A DNA stretch of 64,000 nt from Diplonema japonicum (lineage: Eukaryota > Protista > Euglenozoa: Diplonemea): contig OZ025668.1 of the NCBI GenBank assembly GCA_964019335.1, forward strand, positions 124,001 through 188,000. Reading direction: 5' to 3'. Shown here in pieces: positions 11,096 through 23,310 of the stretch. The notes beneath the pieces were generated by a model, which was not told the origin of the DNA, searched no databases, and was given only the letters and a program-made list of their open reading frames with translations. The position numbers were made by a program, and so were the translations under genes. Every line of letters starts with the position of its first letter. Positions within the stretch are counted from its first letter, which is position 1.

Positions 11096-12547
11096 TAAAA
11101 AGGTTGTCTCGATTTTAGTAGTGGTGGCATGAAGTATGCGACACAGCGGCCACCCTTGTGAACCTTCGCCCCGAAGCCTCCTGAGTCGAAAGTAAAGGTA
11201 AGGGAGAGGTAAAGAAAGATTTTAGGTACAAAAAAAATGAAAAAAAACCTAGCACCCCTCATTGATTGTTATATACAGCCAGAAGAGCGGACCTTGGGAA
11301 TGAACGGAAGCCAATCCTGAGCAGAAGACAGAAGCCGTGAGTACGGAGGTCTGAAACCGAACAAGGGAGCGTGCGGGGTGGATGATGGCGCATGAGCAAG
11401 CAGAAGCCTATACTCCGAGGGCTCGTGGACCTCATTGAGGAGGAGATGGCCAGAACAGATCACAGCCCCGGTGACACACACCAAAAGGGGGAAAACCATC
11501 TACCGGCGAGCGAGACTGAGGCAACACCCCAGCACAGCACGACGACGGCCCTGGTGGACTTCTGTACAAAATTAGAGTTAGCACTGGTCGAGGGAGAACT
11601 GCTCCAAGGAATCAGCTAGAGTAGCATGGAACCACTACAGGAGGGGCTTCCATGAAGGCCGTCGATGTAGAAAGTGCAGGAGAACCTTACTTTGCGGGTG
11701 CCCGTTGCCGCAAAGCCTCGTTCTTGCATTGAGGTGGAGGGATGCTACAAAAAAAAAAGACGAAAAAACTTACTACAGTACTAAAAAAAAAGAAAATAGA
11801 GAAAAGCAGCGTACACGGTGACTAAATAACCTTTTTTCCACCGTCCATGGGTGTTTAGCATGAAATCAACAACATGATGCATAGCAAAAGGAAAGCCCAC
11901 AAACTCCCACACGCAACAAAGCCCAGTGCCCAAGGGCTCAGGCGAAAGGTATTTTACACAAGAAGAGCAAAAGTACCTTTTATAGTACCTTCTTGGCAAT
12001 GACCTTTCCGAGGCCTTTCTGCCTGTCCGAGAGTGGCGCCGATGCTTCTTTGAAGTGTACAAAGGCTCCGTAGAGGACCGTGGAAAAAAAAAGCTCTGAC
12101 TGACATGGTTTAGTGGAAATAAAAATAAGTTACCGGGGAGAGTGGAAAAACTTTACAAAAAAACCATTTGAGTAGAAAAAAAAAAAAAAGTTGTGGTAAA
12201 CAGTGGTGGAAAAAAGTTATTTGGTTACCGTGTACGTTGTTCTTCTCGAAAAAATAAGAAAATATTAGTTGTTTTTTTTTTTTTTTTTTTTTTTTTTTCT
12301 CTCTTTTTTTCCAGCGTGTGTGGTGTGTTTTAGTTTATTGTAGCCGGGAGGGGAAAAAAAAGGCAGGGAGAAGGGGGGGTTTTCTTTTTGTAAACGGATA
12401 ACGCCTGCTACTATATATTTTTTTTCTTTTTTTTTGATAAAAAACCTCATCGAGCGAAAAAAAAAAAAAAAAGAAAAGAAAAAAAAAAGAAGAAAGGGTC
12501 GGCTGACCTTGTATGTGAAAAGCCGGTTCGTAAAAAGAAAAAAAAAA

Positions 12548-12585
12548 GACATTTAAGGGTACCTGCGGTATGTGGCAGGATGCCC
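12548..12585. repeat. ~40-nt dispersed hairpin element, copy B (subtype 2)
   Basis: GACATTTAAGGGTACCTGCGGTATGTGGCAGGATGCCC, near-identical to 49173-49214. Confidence 0.85.
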
Positions 12586-12829
12586 AAATAAAATAAAAAA
12601 AAACGGGGCCAGACATCTCTCACCCCTCCCCACCCTCCTTTTAATTGAGTTGAATACAAATTCTGTGGACCTTGAAACCCCCCCCCCCCCCCGTAAATTC
12701 TTACTTTCTTATGGCGAACGGACGAACGTTCGTGATTTTCTTTTTTTTCTTTTTTTCGCGTTCGTCATTTGTCAGTTCGTCAATATTCTGTTTTACAGGA
12801 TTTCTTTTTTTCTTTTTTTTTTTTTTGTT

Positions 12830-13763
12830 TCAATTCTTCAACGCCCCATGAAGGGGAAGCAGCTCTGGGTAGGCAGCAACGTTCCTGTCCACCCACAGCC
12901 TCAAGAAAGGTTCCGTCCGAACCTTTTTAATAATGCCTTGAAGCGGGGCATCACCAGCATGGTGGAGCTTAGCCAGCAAAGCTGCCATGGCAGCAGAACT
13001 CTTCGCCCGCGAGTGATGCTTCTTACATTCATCCACCGCCCCAGTATAGTGAACACAGCTATGGTAAGGAAGATGTGTGAGTGATTCCTGAGAGGTGATG
13101 AGATGCCCAAGCGTGTCGTCAGCGAAAACGGCGGCGCGGTCGGGGTCGAGAAGTGCCTGTAGGAACATTCCCTTATTTGCCATTGAGAGGAACCAAATGC
13201 CTTTTTCATGATGTACACCAGGCCAACCCTCCCACTGGGGCTTCCAGATGCTGTTCAGCCTCTGAGATATCCGTTTCTGGTTCGGGTTCTGATCGCAAAA
13301 GTTCAAGCCAGGGATGTGTTTCAACTGCTGCTGGGTTCCATGTGAAAGGCTGTTCATGCGTGCTGTTGCAGCAATGACAGTCGCACCTCGATCTTGCCAG
13401 TTTTCGACAATCTGTGCAAGTTCGGTGTCGCAAGGTTGCACTGGGATGTGGCCTAACAGAACATCACACATATCTAGAACAGCAGGCTGAACGTCATACA
13501 TCCCGTTCCTGAGGTAGATCTCTTGATATTCTTCCACAATGTCGGCCAGCCACACGGCGCTCCCGAACGTCGATTCTTCAGGGCTCTTCACAGTGAAGGT
13601 TGTCTCGTCCAAATCTAATACCAGTACCTGAAGGGTTTTAGTTGGAAAAAAGCTTTTTTTTTCATACCACTTTTCCAGGGTCTCCCACAACCTTCTCCGC
13701 CTTCTCCAAATGGCTTTGCAGCACCCTGGCTAGTTCGCCTTTCCTCGCTTTTTCGATGTTCAT
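12830..13763 (-). CDS. HAD-superfamily protein, DUF2608-like
   Basis: HAD motif I VLDLDET, motif II ATAR, NKG, and motif IV FADD. An exon MNIEKA...GDPGK joins via a ~40-nt GT-AG intron near 13628-13668. The frame stays open a little further upstream to an A-tract-TAG. Confidence 0.7.
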
Positions 13764-16224
13764 GGTTTTAATCGGTTCTTCTTTGGTCTGCCCCTGACCC
13801 ATCCTATTTTTTTTTTTTTTTTTTTTTTTTTATATGAAGGGGAATCTTCTCATCTTGAACAGGAATTGCAAGAGAAAAAAAAAAAGAAGAAGGGAACAGA
13901 AAAAAAAAAAAAAAAAAAGAAAAAGAAAAAAGGAAAAAAAAAAATACTGATGAATTAAAAAGTGTCCCAAAAAAAAAAACACCATTAGGGCCAACTCATA
14001 AACAGTAAAGAGATGGGAGTCCTGGTGCGACTAAAGTAAAGGAGCAACAATACCACTCTCTTTTGGAGCATTATCGCAGCCCCGCACTAAAACGAACTAT
14101 TTACTCAGAAAGGCAGAGTTGCCGACGAAAAGTAAATATAAGAAAAAGAAAAAAAAAAAGGAGACTAGTAAGGCAGATTAAAAAGATGTTTAAAAAAGAA
14201 ACCACAGCCACAGTCGCGTGTATTTTCTTTTCTCTTTTTTTTATTTTTTTTTTTTTGCAAAGTCAAAGAAAACCTCTTTTCTTTCTTGTTCTTTTCTTTC
14301 TTTCCTCTCTCCGTCTTAGAGAGGCTGAACAATACAATAGAGGATAGAGTAGTTTCTTCTTCTATTCTTTTTTTTTTTTTTTTGAAGTTCCCCCTCCCTT
14401 TTTTCTTATACCGACGGTCCGGTTAATGCTGTGTGAGTAAAGGTAAAAAGAAAGAGGCAGATAAAGAAATCAATCCCGAGCTGCCACTATCCACCGATAC
14501 TTACGTGTATCCTCGGAGCCAATCTTTTTTCCTAGAAGTCACGGATCAAGCGGCAATAATATTCACAACTCCGACCTTCTTAAGGTCCCAGTACTACGTC
14601 CGGAGAAGGAGGAAAAAAGTAGGGGGGGGGAAAAAAATACCGCAAAATCAAAAAAGAAACCCGTACCTCGATTTCATTAAGGGGTGGTTGAGCAACCTGG
14701 TCACACTACTGCGCTAAAAAAAAAATAAAAAATAAAAAAAAAAAATAATAAAAGAATTCGCACGGGAATAAAACGGAAAAAATTCGCGCGTTTGTGCCAT
14801 GAGGCACGTGGGACTGCTTTTGATGGGTCGCGAGGAAGTGCAACCGCGGGGGGGAGGGGAAAAAAAAAAGAAAACATCGCCCCACATCTCTAAAACCAGT
14901 TTGGTCAATTTTTAGTCTGAGCGTTCTTGCAGCTTGTTGCTCTCGGCATCTCCCGGTAAAAACGGGGTTTTAGAGACGTGGGTTGTTACTTTATTTTACA
15001 GGCGATTGGTCGAGTTGGTACAACGATTATTCAGCCGCTTCTTCTTCTTCTTCTTCTTCTTCCTTTTCTTTTTCTTTCTTTCTTTCGTTCTTCTTTGTTT
15101 GGTTTTTTCTTTTTGAACTAGAATTAGGAAGAAAAAAACAAATGTATCAGAAATACAAAGAGACTAGATCCCCTCAATATGAATGCTGCGCCCCATTGTG
15201 AAGAAAAGAGAGAATAAAGAAAAACAGAGATTCTTTAAGGCCATTTTATCTGTGACTAGATATGCCCTCCCCCTTACGAAAAAAACGAAAGTGAGCCTTT
15301 GAGAATTTTGCTCTCTCTTTTCTCTCATCTCTTTCTTTTCCTTTAGAAAAAAAAAAAAAACACTTTGGCAAAAAAAAAAAAAGTAGAAATTTGAATAAGG
15401 TGTAGTATAGATTTCTTTCTCAAAGGCAAAGGGGGCCGTCAGGTCGGTCGTGTTACCTTCTGGTTACTCAAACTTGGTCGCACTCAAAGCTTGCTTAGCA
15501 CGGGCGCAGAAGCACTGAAACTGCTCCTGTTGACAAGCACTGAGGGGACTGAGTACGACGTGTTCGTAACGATAAAAAAAAGGCTGTTCACAAGATACAC
15601 TACAAGCAATCGAAGGTGCTTTAAAAAAAAAAAAAAAAAAAGTGCATACTATGTGGTGGCCGAGGCCTACCTGTTGGCATCGCCCTTTCACTTTTTATTT
15701 ATGTCGATCAAACAAAAGGAGTCATCACAGGTCCAATAAACCTGCGGGTGGGCCTTGGTTTTCAAACAAAAAAAGGGGGGGGGGGGAGAAACAAAAGGGA
15801 TAGGTAGCCTAAAGTAGAGGGGGGGGAAGGGGGTGTCACTTGAAATTCTAAAATAATCTTTTTTTTTTTGTTACTCACCAGTTGCAGAAAGAATGAGTTT
15901 TGAAGACAAAAAAAAAGGGGGGTGCTTGTGTCCGCCCCCTACCTCCTTGCTTTGCCACGCAGACAACTTTAAGTGCAATCAAGGAAGACTACTTAAGGTA
16001 TGCGTTTCTGCGCTCACCGTCTGCGCTCACGCCATTGAAGAAAGAACCAAAAGAAATGATATAAAAAAAAAAAGAAAATTGACAGTTTGTAGTTTTGCAT
16101 TGTTTGTGCAAAGTCGGTTTTACCCCTACAGAAATAACAATTCATTTACAGTCTTATTGTTCTTTTTGTTTTTTTTTTTTTGTTTGTTTTTGTTTTCCTT
16201 CTTTTTTTTTTGTTCAAACAAAAA

Positions 16225-16500
16225 AAAATATATATGAGTTAAAGGAGGCCGGTGTTGGCGGCGCCCTGCACAAGAACTGTCTACTTGATTACAGGGGGCG
16301 CGCCGCGGCCGAGTTGTAGCTTCTTCTGCGTTCCGCGCCGTGTCCTTAATGCGTGCGGTGTACAGCTCAACCCCAGCCGGTGCGTCCCGGGTAACCAAGA
16401 TTCTGCGCTCGTGCAGTTTGCTGCCTGTTCGTCACCCTGAGCATCTGCATTATGTTCTTCCACTCGGGCGCTACGTGATGACCGACGAGGAGGTCAACAG
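16225..16500 (-). mobile_element. SINE-like/non-autonomous retroposon, copy 1
   Basis: About 140 nt homologous to 52249-52390. It ends (minus strand) in CCTCCTTTAACTCATATATA plus a T-run, the same terminus as the LINE derivative at 52478. The 5' boundary is approximate. Confidence 0.65.
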
Positions 16501-17067
16501 CGAACAATACATCTGATGTTTTTCTTATATTTTCATGTTATCCCCACCACCTGTAAAAAAGAAGGGCTGTGGGTAGATGCACTTCCCCTCCCTTTTCCTC
16601 GCCCGTTGTTGAATAGAAAAAAGACAGGATCTCCCTATGATAAGGAAGAGGAGTAGGGGACAAAAAAAACTAGAATTCGATAAAAGCTCAGTGCGCATCG
16701 GGGGTGCACACCTTAAAAAAAAAGAAAGAAAGAAGCAACAAGACAGCGCAGTCCCCCATATTACACGAAGTAGCAAATAGAACAAAGAAAAATAAAGTAA
16801 AATAACAAAGCAACTAATCAGAAAGAATAAAAAGTAGTGGGGGGGGGGGGGGGGGGGGAGGACGGCTCCCCATAGCTTTCTTCTTTTCTTTTTCCCCCTA
16901 TGACAGATCCACATCAAAAAAGTGTATAATTCATATACCATTACCTGTGGTCATCTTCGATTAGGTGGGCCCAGTAAAGGGCCTTCCGCATCATGTACTC
17001 TCCCTTTCGCCTCACTTTCTTCTATCAAGAATAAGGAGCACAAGGCACAAGCAGGATGCAAGGTTTT

Positions 17068-19623
17068 CTAAACATCGTATGCCGTTGTTGGTTGCGGTAC
17101 ACTCCGTCTTTTCATCCTACCTCCCGCGGCCTCCCCTGCCCATCCCTCAGCAGGGTTCTGTGGGACGACAAGCCCCCTGTTGAAGGGCCTCGCGAGCACC
17201 ATCGTCCCCTCCATCACACTGATCACCTTCTCCATTGTGCGGTCTTTCCCGTCGCTCAGCAGCCGTAGTCCCTCCACATCCCTGTCGTTGAAGGCCTCCT
17301 TGTACCTCGCCCCCCACTCCTCTCCCACAACTCCGTCAAACAGGTTCCACACACCGTCCACAAGGCTGAAGGTCTTCAGGTTGAGCTCGTACACGATCTT
17401 AGAGCTGGCGCGTGATTCAAAGGCAACCACACTGTTGTCTCGTGGGGTGTACAACTCGGTTGTGTCTTGTTCCTGCCAAATGTCAACAGGGCGGGTGTGG
17501 ACTTGGAGTGAGGTATCAGTACCAGCACAGGACTCACCAGCAAGGAGGCAGAGGGTCCCGAGCTGCGAGGCCGCCTCCGCAAGGGCCCGCCCCTCCTCAA
17601 CCCCAGACCCGAGGGAGGTCACGAAACGTTGTTTTGCACTCCCCAGCGACCCGTGCAGCACCCTCCCTGTGGACATCCCCACACTCACGAACCGCTCCCA
17701 CACAGCATTGTTGATAGACGCGTACAAGTGCGACACGAACTTCGCACTCTGAGCAACGTGCATCGCACAAGGCTTCCCTGCATTCCAGTTCGCAACGATG
17801 CTGTTGCTGCACACCACGTTCAGCAGGCCTTCCGTCCGCTCCACACCATCGATGATCGTGTTCAGGATCTCGTTCACGCCCTCTACCGCTGTTGGGAACA
17901 GCACAAGGCACCCGAAGTCCACCCTGATGTGCATCGTCGTCGCTGTGCTTGCTGTCAACTTGCTTCTCACCACCGCCCGTTCAATCTCTGTCTGGAACGT
18001 CGAGCCTGCCGAGTCTCGCCTCTTTATTCTCGTCCTGCGCTTCTCGACAGTCCTCTCCACCTCACCCTGCCGCCTCATGAGGTCTGCAGGGATGGCTACA
18101 AACAAAGGGACATCACCAACCCCTTTCAAGTTCACAGAGCCCATCTTCGTGATAATGGGCTTCGCAAGTTCAGCCCAGTCACTATTGCTGAGCTGGGCTT
18201 GAACCTCTTCGGTGAAGGCGACTGCACCCCCTGCAGAGGCGGACTCCACCCTCGCTGCCTTGTTCACTGTGGGTCCCATGTAGTCGGTCCTCCCTGTCGT
18301 GGGGTTCAGTTCCAGCCTCGCGGGGCCTGTGTGGACCCCGATCCGCACCCGAAGCCCCCTCCAGCACAGGGACCCATCCTCCTCCCTCCCCACCACCTTG
18401 CACAGCGGGTGTTCCAGGAGCGCTGTGGGCCAATGGGCTCGTACGAGTGCTCCCTGTGCCAGGAGCCCGAACCGCATTCCCTCAACCACCTTGTCGAAAG
18501 CGACCATGAAAGCGTCCCCGATCGTCTTCACCTCGTACCCGTTCGTCGCCGTTATGCACTCCCTCATTGCGTCGTTGTGCACTTCCATTGCCTGTCGCAT
18601 CGCCGACGTGTGCCTCTCCCAGATGTCCGTCGACGACTGGATGTCCGTGAACACGATCGTCACCTCCTCCTGACCGCTCCCTGCGGGGATCTGACGGATG
18701 TGGTGCATGCTGAGCGACAACTGTTCTCGCAACCTGTCCTCCCCCCCTCCACGGTCGATCTCGTCGATAGCAGTGAACAAGGCGTCCGGGAGGTAGGGGC
18801 GGTAGAGTTTCAAGTTGCCGAGGAGCCCTAGAAAGGCACCGTTGAGCTCGCTTTTCTCTGCGTTATGCACTAGACGCTCGGCAGTCTCTAAATCGAAGCG
18901 CACCAAGGCCTTTGCCACGTCCTGTGCAAGGAGGACCGCTGTGTAAGACCGTTCCTTCTCAGCACGCATGTTGGCACAGAAGCGGCGTGTCATTAGAAAG
19001 TCGAAAAGGAAGGTACCCAGCCTGATGGAGGCGACGATGGTAAACCATTGACCGCCTTGCTTCTCACGAGGAACCTTGTCTTGAGAAGCAGGGATGGAAT
19101 CGTAGAAGCCAAAGCGGTAGGCCTCCTCGATAGTTTTGAAGAGGAGAAAAGCACACACGAAGATGGTAACACCAGTGACAACACTCTCCCTAGAGCCAGA
19201 TAGGAGCAGGACGTCCATAAAGACGACCATTGTGGTGTACAGTTCGTGCTGTCCGAAGGAGATGGCATCGCCTACCACGCAAAAGGCGATTAGGAAGTAG
19301 ATGATCCCAAACTCGACAAGCTGTGTTGAGAAACCCTTCGTGACCATGACGTAGATGACTAGTATTAACGAAGACACACAACGGAAGCCATTCGTCACAA
19401 TGTTTACTGTATAGCCGTCCATCACGTTGCGCATCGTGAAAAGCCCCTGCAGAACACAAAAGGCAAACGCCGCGGGCAGCATCGTGCCCTTCCTGATCTG
19501 CGTGTCAGTATCGTCCCCCTCGACCATGATGTAGTTCATGTATCGCTCGTAAAGCCTCCCAAAACACCACTTCTTGTCCCCTTTCTTGTCTTCTTCCTCG
19601 AACCCATCTAGCGATTGTTCCAT
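17068..19623 (-). CDS. Multi-TM receptor-type adenylate cyclase with a second, degenerate cyclase domain
   Basis: About six hydrophobic helices; class III cyclase motifs VFTDIQSST, YEVKTIGDAFM, DYMGPTVNKAARVES; C-terminal cyclase-fold remnant (VGMSTGRVLHGSLG) lacking the catalytic Asp residues. Start MEQSLD at 19623. Confidence 0.9.
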   Translation of the reverse strand: MEQSLDGFEEEDKKGDKKWCFGRLYERYMNYIMVEGDDTDTQIRKGTMLPAAFAFCVLQGLFTMRNVMDGYTVNIVTNGFRCVSSLILVIYVMVTKGFSTQLVEFGIIYFLIAFCVVGDAISFGQHELYTTMVVFMDVLLLSGSRESVVTGVTIFVCAFLLFKTIEEAYRFGFYDSIPASQDKVPREKQGGQWFTIVASIRLGTFLFDFLMTRRFCANMRAEKERSYTAVLLAQDVAKALVRFDLETAERLVHNAEKSELNGAFLGLLGNLKLYRPYLPDALFTAIDEIDRGGGEDRLREQLSLSMHHIRQIPAGSGQEEVTIVFTDIQSSTDIWERHTSAMRQAMEVHNDAMRECITATNGYEVKTIGDAFMVAFDKVVEGMRFGLLAQGALVRAHWPTALLEHPLCKVVGREEDGSLCWRGLRVRIGVHTGPARLELNPTTGRTDYMGPTVNKAARVESASAGGAVAFTEEVQAQLSNSDWAELAKPIITKMGSVNLKGVGDVPLFVAIPADLMRRQGEVERTVEKRRTRIKRRDSAGSTFQTEIERAVVRSKLTASTATTMHIRVDFGCLVLFPTAVEGVNEILNTIIDGVERTEGLLNVVCSNSIVANWNAGKPCAMHVAQSAKFVSHLYASINNAVWERFVSVGMSTGRVLHGSLGSAKQRFVTSLGSGVEEGRALAEAASQLGTLCLLAGESCAGTDTSLQVHTRPVDIWQEQDTTELYTPRDNSVVAFESRASSKIVYELNLKTFSLVDGVWNLFDGVVGEEWGARYKEAFNDRDVEGLRLLSDGKDRTMEKVISVMEGTMVLARPFNRGLVVPQNPAEGWAGEAAGGRMKRRSVPQPTTAYDV

Positions 19624-19831
19624 AGTACCTTTTTGTGAATGTGGAGCGGGAATGCAAGAGAAAAAAAAAGAAAAAAAAAGCAAGCAAAAGAAAAACCAAA
19701 AAAAAATCTTTTTTATCCTATTTCTTTTCACCAGAAAAAACTCTGTGTAATGTTAGCTATCGACCCATTCATTTGTTCTTGTATTAATAAAAAAAAAGAG
19801 CAAACGACAAAAAAGAAAAAAAAGGAAGGGC

Positions 19832-20725
19832 TCACTTAGCAGAAGGTAGAAATATCCTTTTGAACCAGTGCCGTGATTTGCAGGGCTCATGGTGCCACCA
19901 GTCCTGATAACGCGGTCCGGGTGGGCACCCACCAGGCATTTTAATTTTGGATCGATTCTTTGCGTCATAGGGGCTGCAGTGCCTACCCTGTTCGTATGAG
20001 GTGCCCCAGTTGCCTGAGAACAGGAGCCATTCAAAGCCCTTGTGCTTCTCTCCCGACGAAGGCAACATGACCACCCGTGGAGACCAGAGTGTCCCCCTTG
20101 AGCTGTAGTCGTTTGCTACACCATAAATTCGTGTCACTGTACCCGGTTCCTTGTAAACACCGTGGCCGTTTCTGGCCGAGTAGAGGACAGGTCTCCCGTC
20201 CTTCTCTTCTATGCTGCCTTTGCTAGCTAGACAGCCGTCCCGCTCGCGGTGAGTGTGGCACCAGACGCTGTGCATGTCCCAAACGCCATTCTTCTTAGCA
20301 ACATGAACCGTAGCATGCTCCCAGTCAGCCTCATGCCCCCCCATTAAGTGCTGCAGAACCTTGTACGCCCCATTATAAGGATAAAACATCACGTACGTCA
20401 GTGCAATCACATCAGTGCCTTTCACGCATGCTTCGCGGCACCGCACGTAAGCCGGCACGTCCTGCAGACGGTTCTTCGGCACTCCAAAATGAAATTCTGG
20501 GCTACACCTTAAATGCAAGCTGGTGTCTCTCTGCTTTGATGTGTGCTTCGCGAGGTCCTTGCTAACCAGGCCGCGTTCCTGTATCACCGTGCCGTTCTTC
20601 AAAAGCTCGCAGTGTTGAAGGTACTCCTCCACCGAGGAGGGTAAATACATCTCATGGTTGTCAAGCCACAGATACGGCACAAACCGTTCTGCAAGAAGAC
20701 GGAGCTCCTCGTGCGTTACGGCCAT
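19832..20725 (-). CDS. Vps62-family protein
   Basis: P-x-L-W-L...E-M-Y-L-P-S-S-V, YVMFYPYNG, HEADWEH, PVLYSARNGHG, WLLFSGNWG motifs. Confidence 0.85.
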   Translation of the reverse strand: MAVTHEELRLLAERFVPYLWLDNHEMYLPSSVEEYLQHCELLKNGTVIQERGLVSKDLAKHTSKQRDTSLHLRCSPEFHFGVPKNRLQDVPAYVRCREACVKGTDVIALTYVMFYPYNGAYKVLQHLMGGHEADWEHATVHVAKKNGVWDMHSVWCHTHRERDGCLASKGSIEEKDGRPVLYSARNGHGVYKEPGTVTRIYGVANDYSSRGTLWSPRVVMLPSSGEKHKGFEWLLFSGNWGTSYEQGRHCSPYDAKNRSKIKMPGGCPPGPRYQDWWHHEPCKSRHWFKRIFLPSAK

Positions 20726-20811
20726 GACCTAATAATAAGGTGTGAGGCCTCACCGAAACAAAAAATGACCCGCCACTACAAGTGTCGTGTTGTTAAACAC
20801 AACATAAGGGA

Positions 20812-22187
20812 TCATGTGTTTCTTTTCTTCTCTTTTGGCTTCTTGGGATCAGGCAGTGTAGACCAGGAGGGGTCCCACTTCACATCAAGGTCGCGACTGA
20901 TGAGCGCAGGAGGAGGCGGCTGTGTGTCATAACATGGTGCAGGCTACATACCGTCTGCAACAACTTCGTGATCGCAATCACTTCCCCGTATATCTCAATG
21001 GCCGTCAGTTGCAACTCGTGCGACCCGAAGCTGTTCTGTCCTGTCTGCCGTATCCTGAAGTACCTGAAAAACTGCCGTGACGCATGCTCGAACACATCAG
21101 AGTCGATGTCCAGGTCCTGCTTACCTTCAGTCCCCGCCAGTTGTGTCTCCCACAGCCCCCACTTGTTCGATTTGCACAGTGTTGTATCGTTTTCATGTTT
21201 CCGAAGCAGCGACCATGTCTTTCCATCGAGGGAGGCTTCGAACACCCAATCCCTTGGGTAGTACCCTGCCACCATTGGGTGGAATGACGCGAAGCTGTAT
21301 GAGTGCGGGATGACAACCTTATCGAGGAAGTCTACCGTGATCCACTGTTCGGGGGCGTCACGTGTGCAGAAGTACTCCTCCTTCCTGTTTACGATGGCAG
21401 AGGGGTCCGACCTGCCCCAGAACGACGAACACGCGACGAGGAGCTTGACAGAGCCCACTGCAGGGTTTTTGAATTCCTTTGTGAAGTCGGACGTTCCAAT
21501 GTACGAGATCACACCGTGAGGACGGGCTCCAGGACTGCTCTGTTTCTTAGGAAACAACCTGCGAATGTTAACACACGGCTGCTTGTATAGGAACAACGCA
21601 TCCGCAAGGGTCTCAATGCCATACATGTCCGCCTCCCTGGTGAGGAACGCCCTCCTATAGTACAGACTGCTATGCACATCTATGAGAAAACTGTAATCGC
21701 TCTTACCATGCTGTAGATGTCTTACGACATGTGCCCAGAAGCACTCCGGGTGGTGCTGCCGGAAGACATGCCGGGGCTCATCTTGTATTCTCGTGATGGC
21801 AGATATCTTTCTTACGGCCTGTGAGGATATCCCTGGAATGGGTTCTTTTAAAGGTGGGCGCTCCACACCACCAGCGCCCACCTTTTGAAGCACAAGCTGT
21901 TGCAGGCTTTTGTTGTCTGCTTTCAAGTGTTTCATCTCCGCATCCATTACCTTCATCTCCTCCTTTAATATCGGTATCTGCTTCACGATGTCCCTCACGG
22001 TGCTCTGCATCCTCAGCAGCGCCCTCTTAATCATGTCCAGCTCGATCATCGTCTGGCTGCTCTCGTTGCATTTCCCACGCAGTCTCTCCAAGCATTGCAT
22101 CAGCATGTTCGACTCGACGTCAAACACCTTCACGTCGGTTTTCACATTCACATTGAACAGCGAGGCCTGCTGAGGCGGGCATTTCAT
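20812..22187 (-). CDS. Coiled-coil plus discoidin/F5-8 type C (galactose-binding-like, HECTD1-type) domain protein
   Basis: WITVDF...IPHSYS...PRDWVFEASLDGKTW...FRYFRIRQTGQN...IEIYG. A 32-nt GT-AG intron near 20920-20951 would extend the C-terminus to a TGA at 20814-20812. Confidence 0.75.
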
Positions 22188-22269
22188 TTCTGTTCTGTGC
22201 GCCGTGTGGCTTCAAACGACAAAAAGGGAAATGCAAGCTGCTCATGTTATGGAAATAACTTGTAGATGT

Positions 22270-23103
22270 TCAACGCTGCATCATGTCTATCACAATGTAC
22301 TCGATGAGGGCAGCCTGCTGTGCTTCTATTCTGCTTCGCTGCCGTGTTTCCTGCAGCTCTGTGACATGGATACGAGCAGCAGGAGAGTCGCGGGAAAAGA
22401 AAGGTGGGCGGCCTGGGATGCGAGGGCGCTCGGGAGGATCTTTGGGTGCGTGGGGTGCAGGAATGTGAGAAGCATGCGTGCTGATGATAGACACTATGGT
22501 CACGTTTCCAATGGAACGTGCAAGAGAGAGGGGCGACTCTTCGTAAGCAACTCCTGATGGAGGGGAGCCAGCTGTGAGAAGGGCCCGCACCACCTGAGCG
22601 TGACCCTTCCTGATGGCGATGTTGATAGGCGATTCAGAACCAAGCAAGTTTGTCGGCGCTCCGTTCGCAAGCAGCACTGTTAAAACCTTTGTGTGCCCGT
22701 TCTGCGCAGCGAACTGAGCAGCTGTGTGCAGGACGCTTCTCCACCGGCGATTCTTCCTCCCCTTTGCCTTTTGCAACATCATGTTCACCACCTCATGGTG
22801 CCCATTCGCAGCCGCCTTTCGCAGGGCAACCTCCCACCACAAATCCCTGCACGGTATGAGTCTGACACACTTCTCAACTTCCTCCAAATCTCCCATCGCG
22901 GCACGTGTTACTAACCTCGCAAGGTCCCCGACCACAGGCGACACCTTCATAGGCGGTATATACTCATCAACGCTGTCGATGACTGCGATGCTCTGTACTG
23001 CCGACGGGGGCTGCGGCCGTAACTTCTTTTTTTTCTCGGCCTTCCGTTTGTTTATGAAATATGTTCTGCTTCGTTGGTCGTTCGTGAAGGTCCGCGTCTC
23101 CAT
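22270..23103 (-). CDS. Ankyrin-repeat protein
   Basis: ALRKAAANGHHEVV, AAQNGHTKVLTVLLANGA, SPINIAIRKGHAQVVRALL, SPLSLARSIGN; likely start METRTF. Confidence 0.85.
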   Translation of the reverse strand: METRTFTNDQRSRTYFINKRKAEKKKKLRPQPPSAVQSIAVIDSVDEYIPPMKVSPVVGDLARLVTRAAMGDLEEVEKCVRLIPCRDLWWEVALRKAAANGHHEVVNMMLQKAKGRKNRRWRSVLHTAAQFAAQNGHTKVLTVLLANGAPTNLLGSESPINIAIRKGHAQVVRALLTAGSPPSGVAYEESPLSLARSIGNVTIVSIISTHASHIPAPHAPKDPPERPRIPGRPPFFSRDSPAARIHVTELQETRQRSRIEAQQAALIEYIVIDMMQR

Positions 23104-23310
23104 CTTTGAAAGCACCCCTTCCCCTTCCCTCCCCCCCTTCTTCCTTTGTGGGTATAACTTAAAAAAGGGGACACTTTTCGCACGTTGGCAAAAAAAAGAG
23201 GAGGAAGACAGACTAACTATTTGAAACAAATTTCCCTTTTACACAAAAAAATACATTATTCTTTTCCCGCGTAACCTTTCTTTATTTTTCTTCTTTTGTA
23301 TATAAAACAG

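Noticed and set aside
11190-11750. Possible further retroposon remnant with a TTTACC-type tail (similar GTAAAGGTAA near 14437)
   Set aside because: Only about 10 nt are shared and there is no recognisable coding motif; insufficient support.
17629-18831. Long plus-strand ORFs opposite real genes (also 50434-51759, 53347-54258, 34463-35320)
   Set aside because: Expected stop-poor antisense frames of GC3-rich genes; no recognisable domains.
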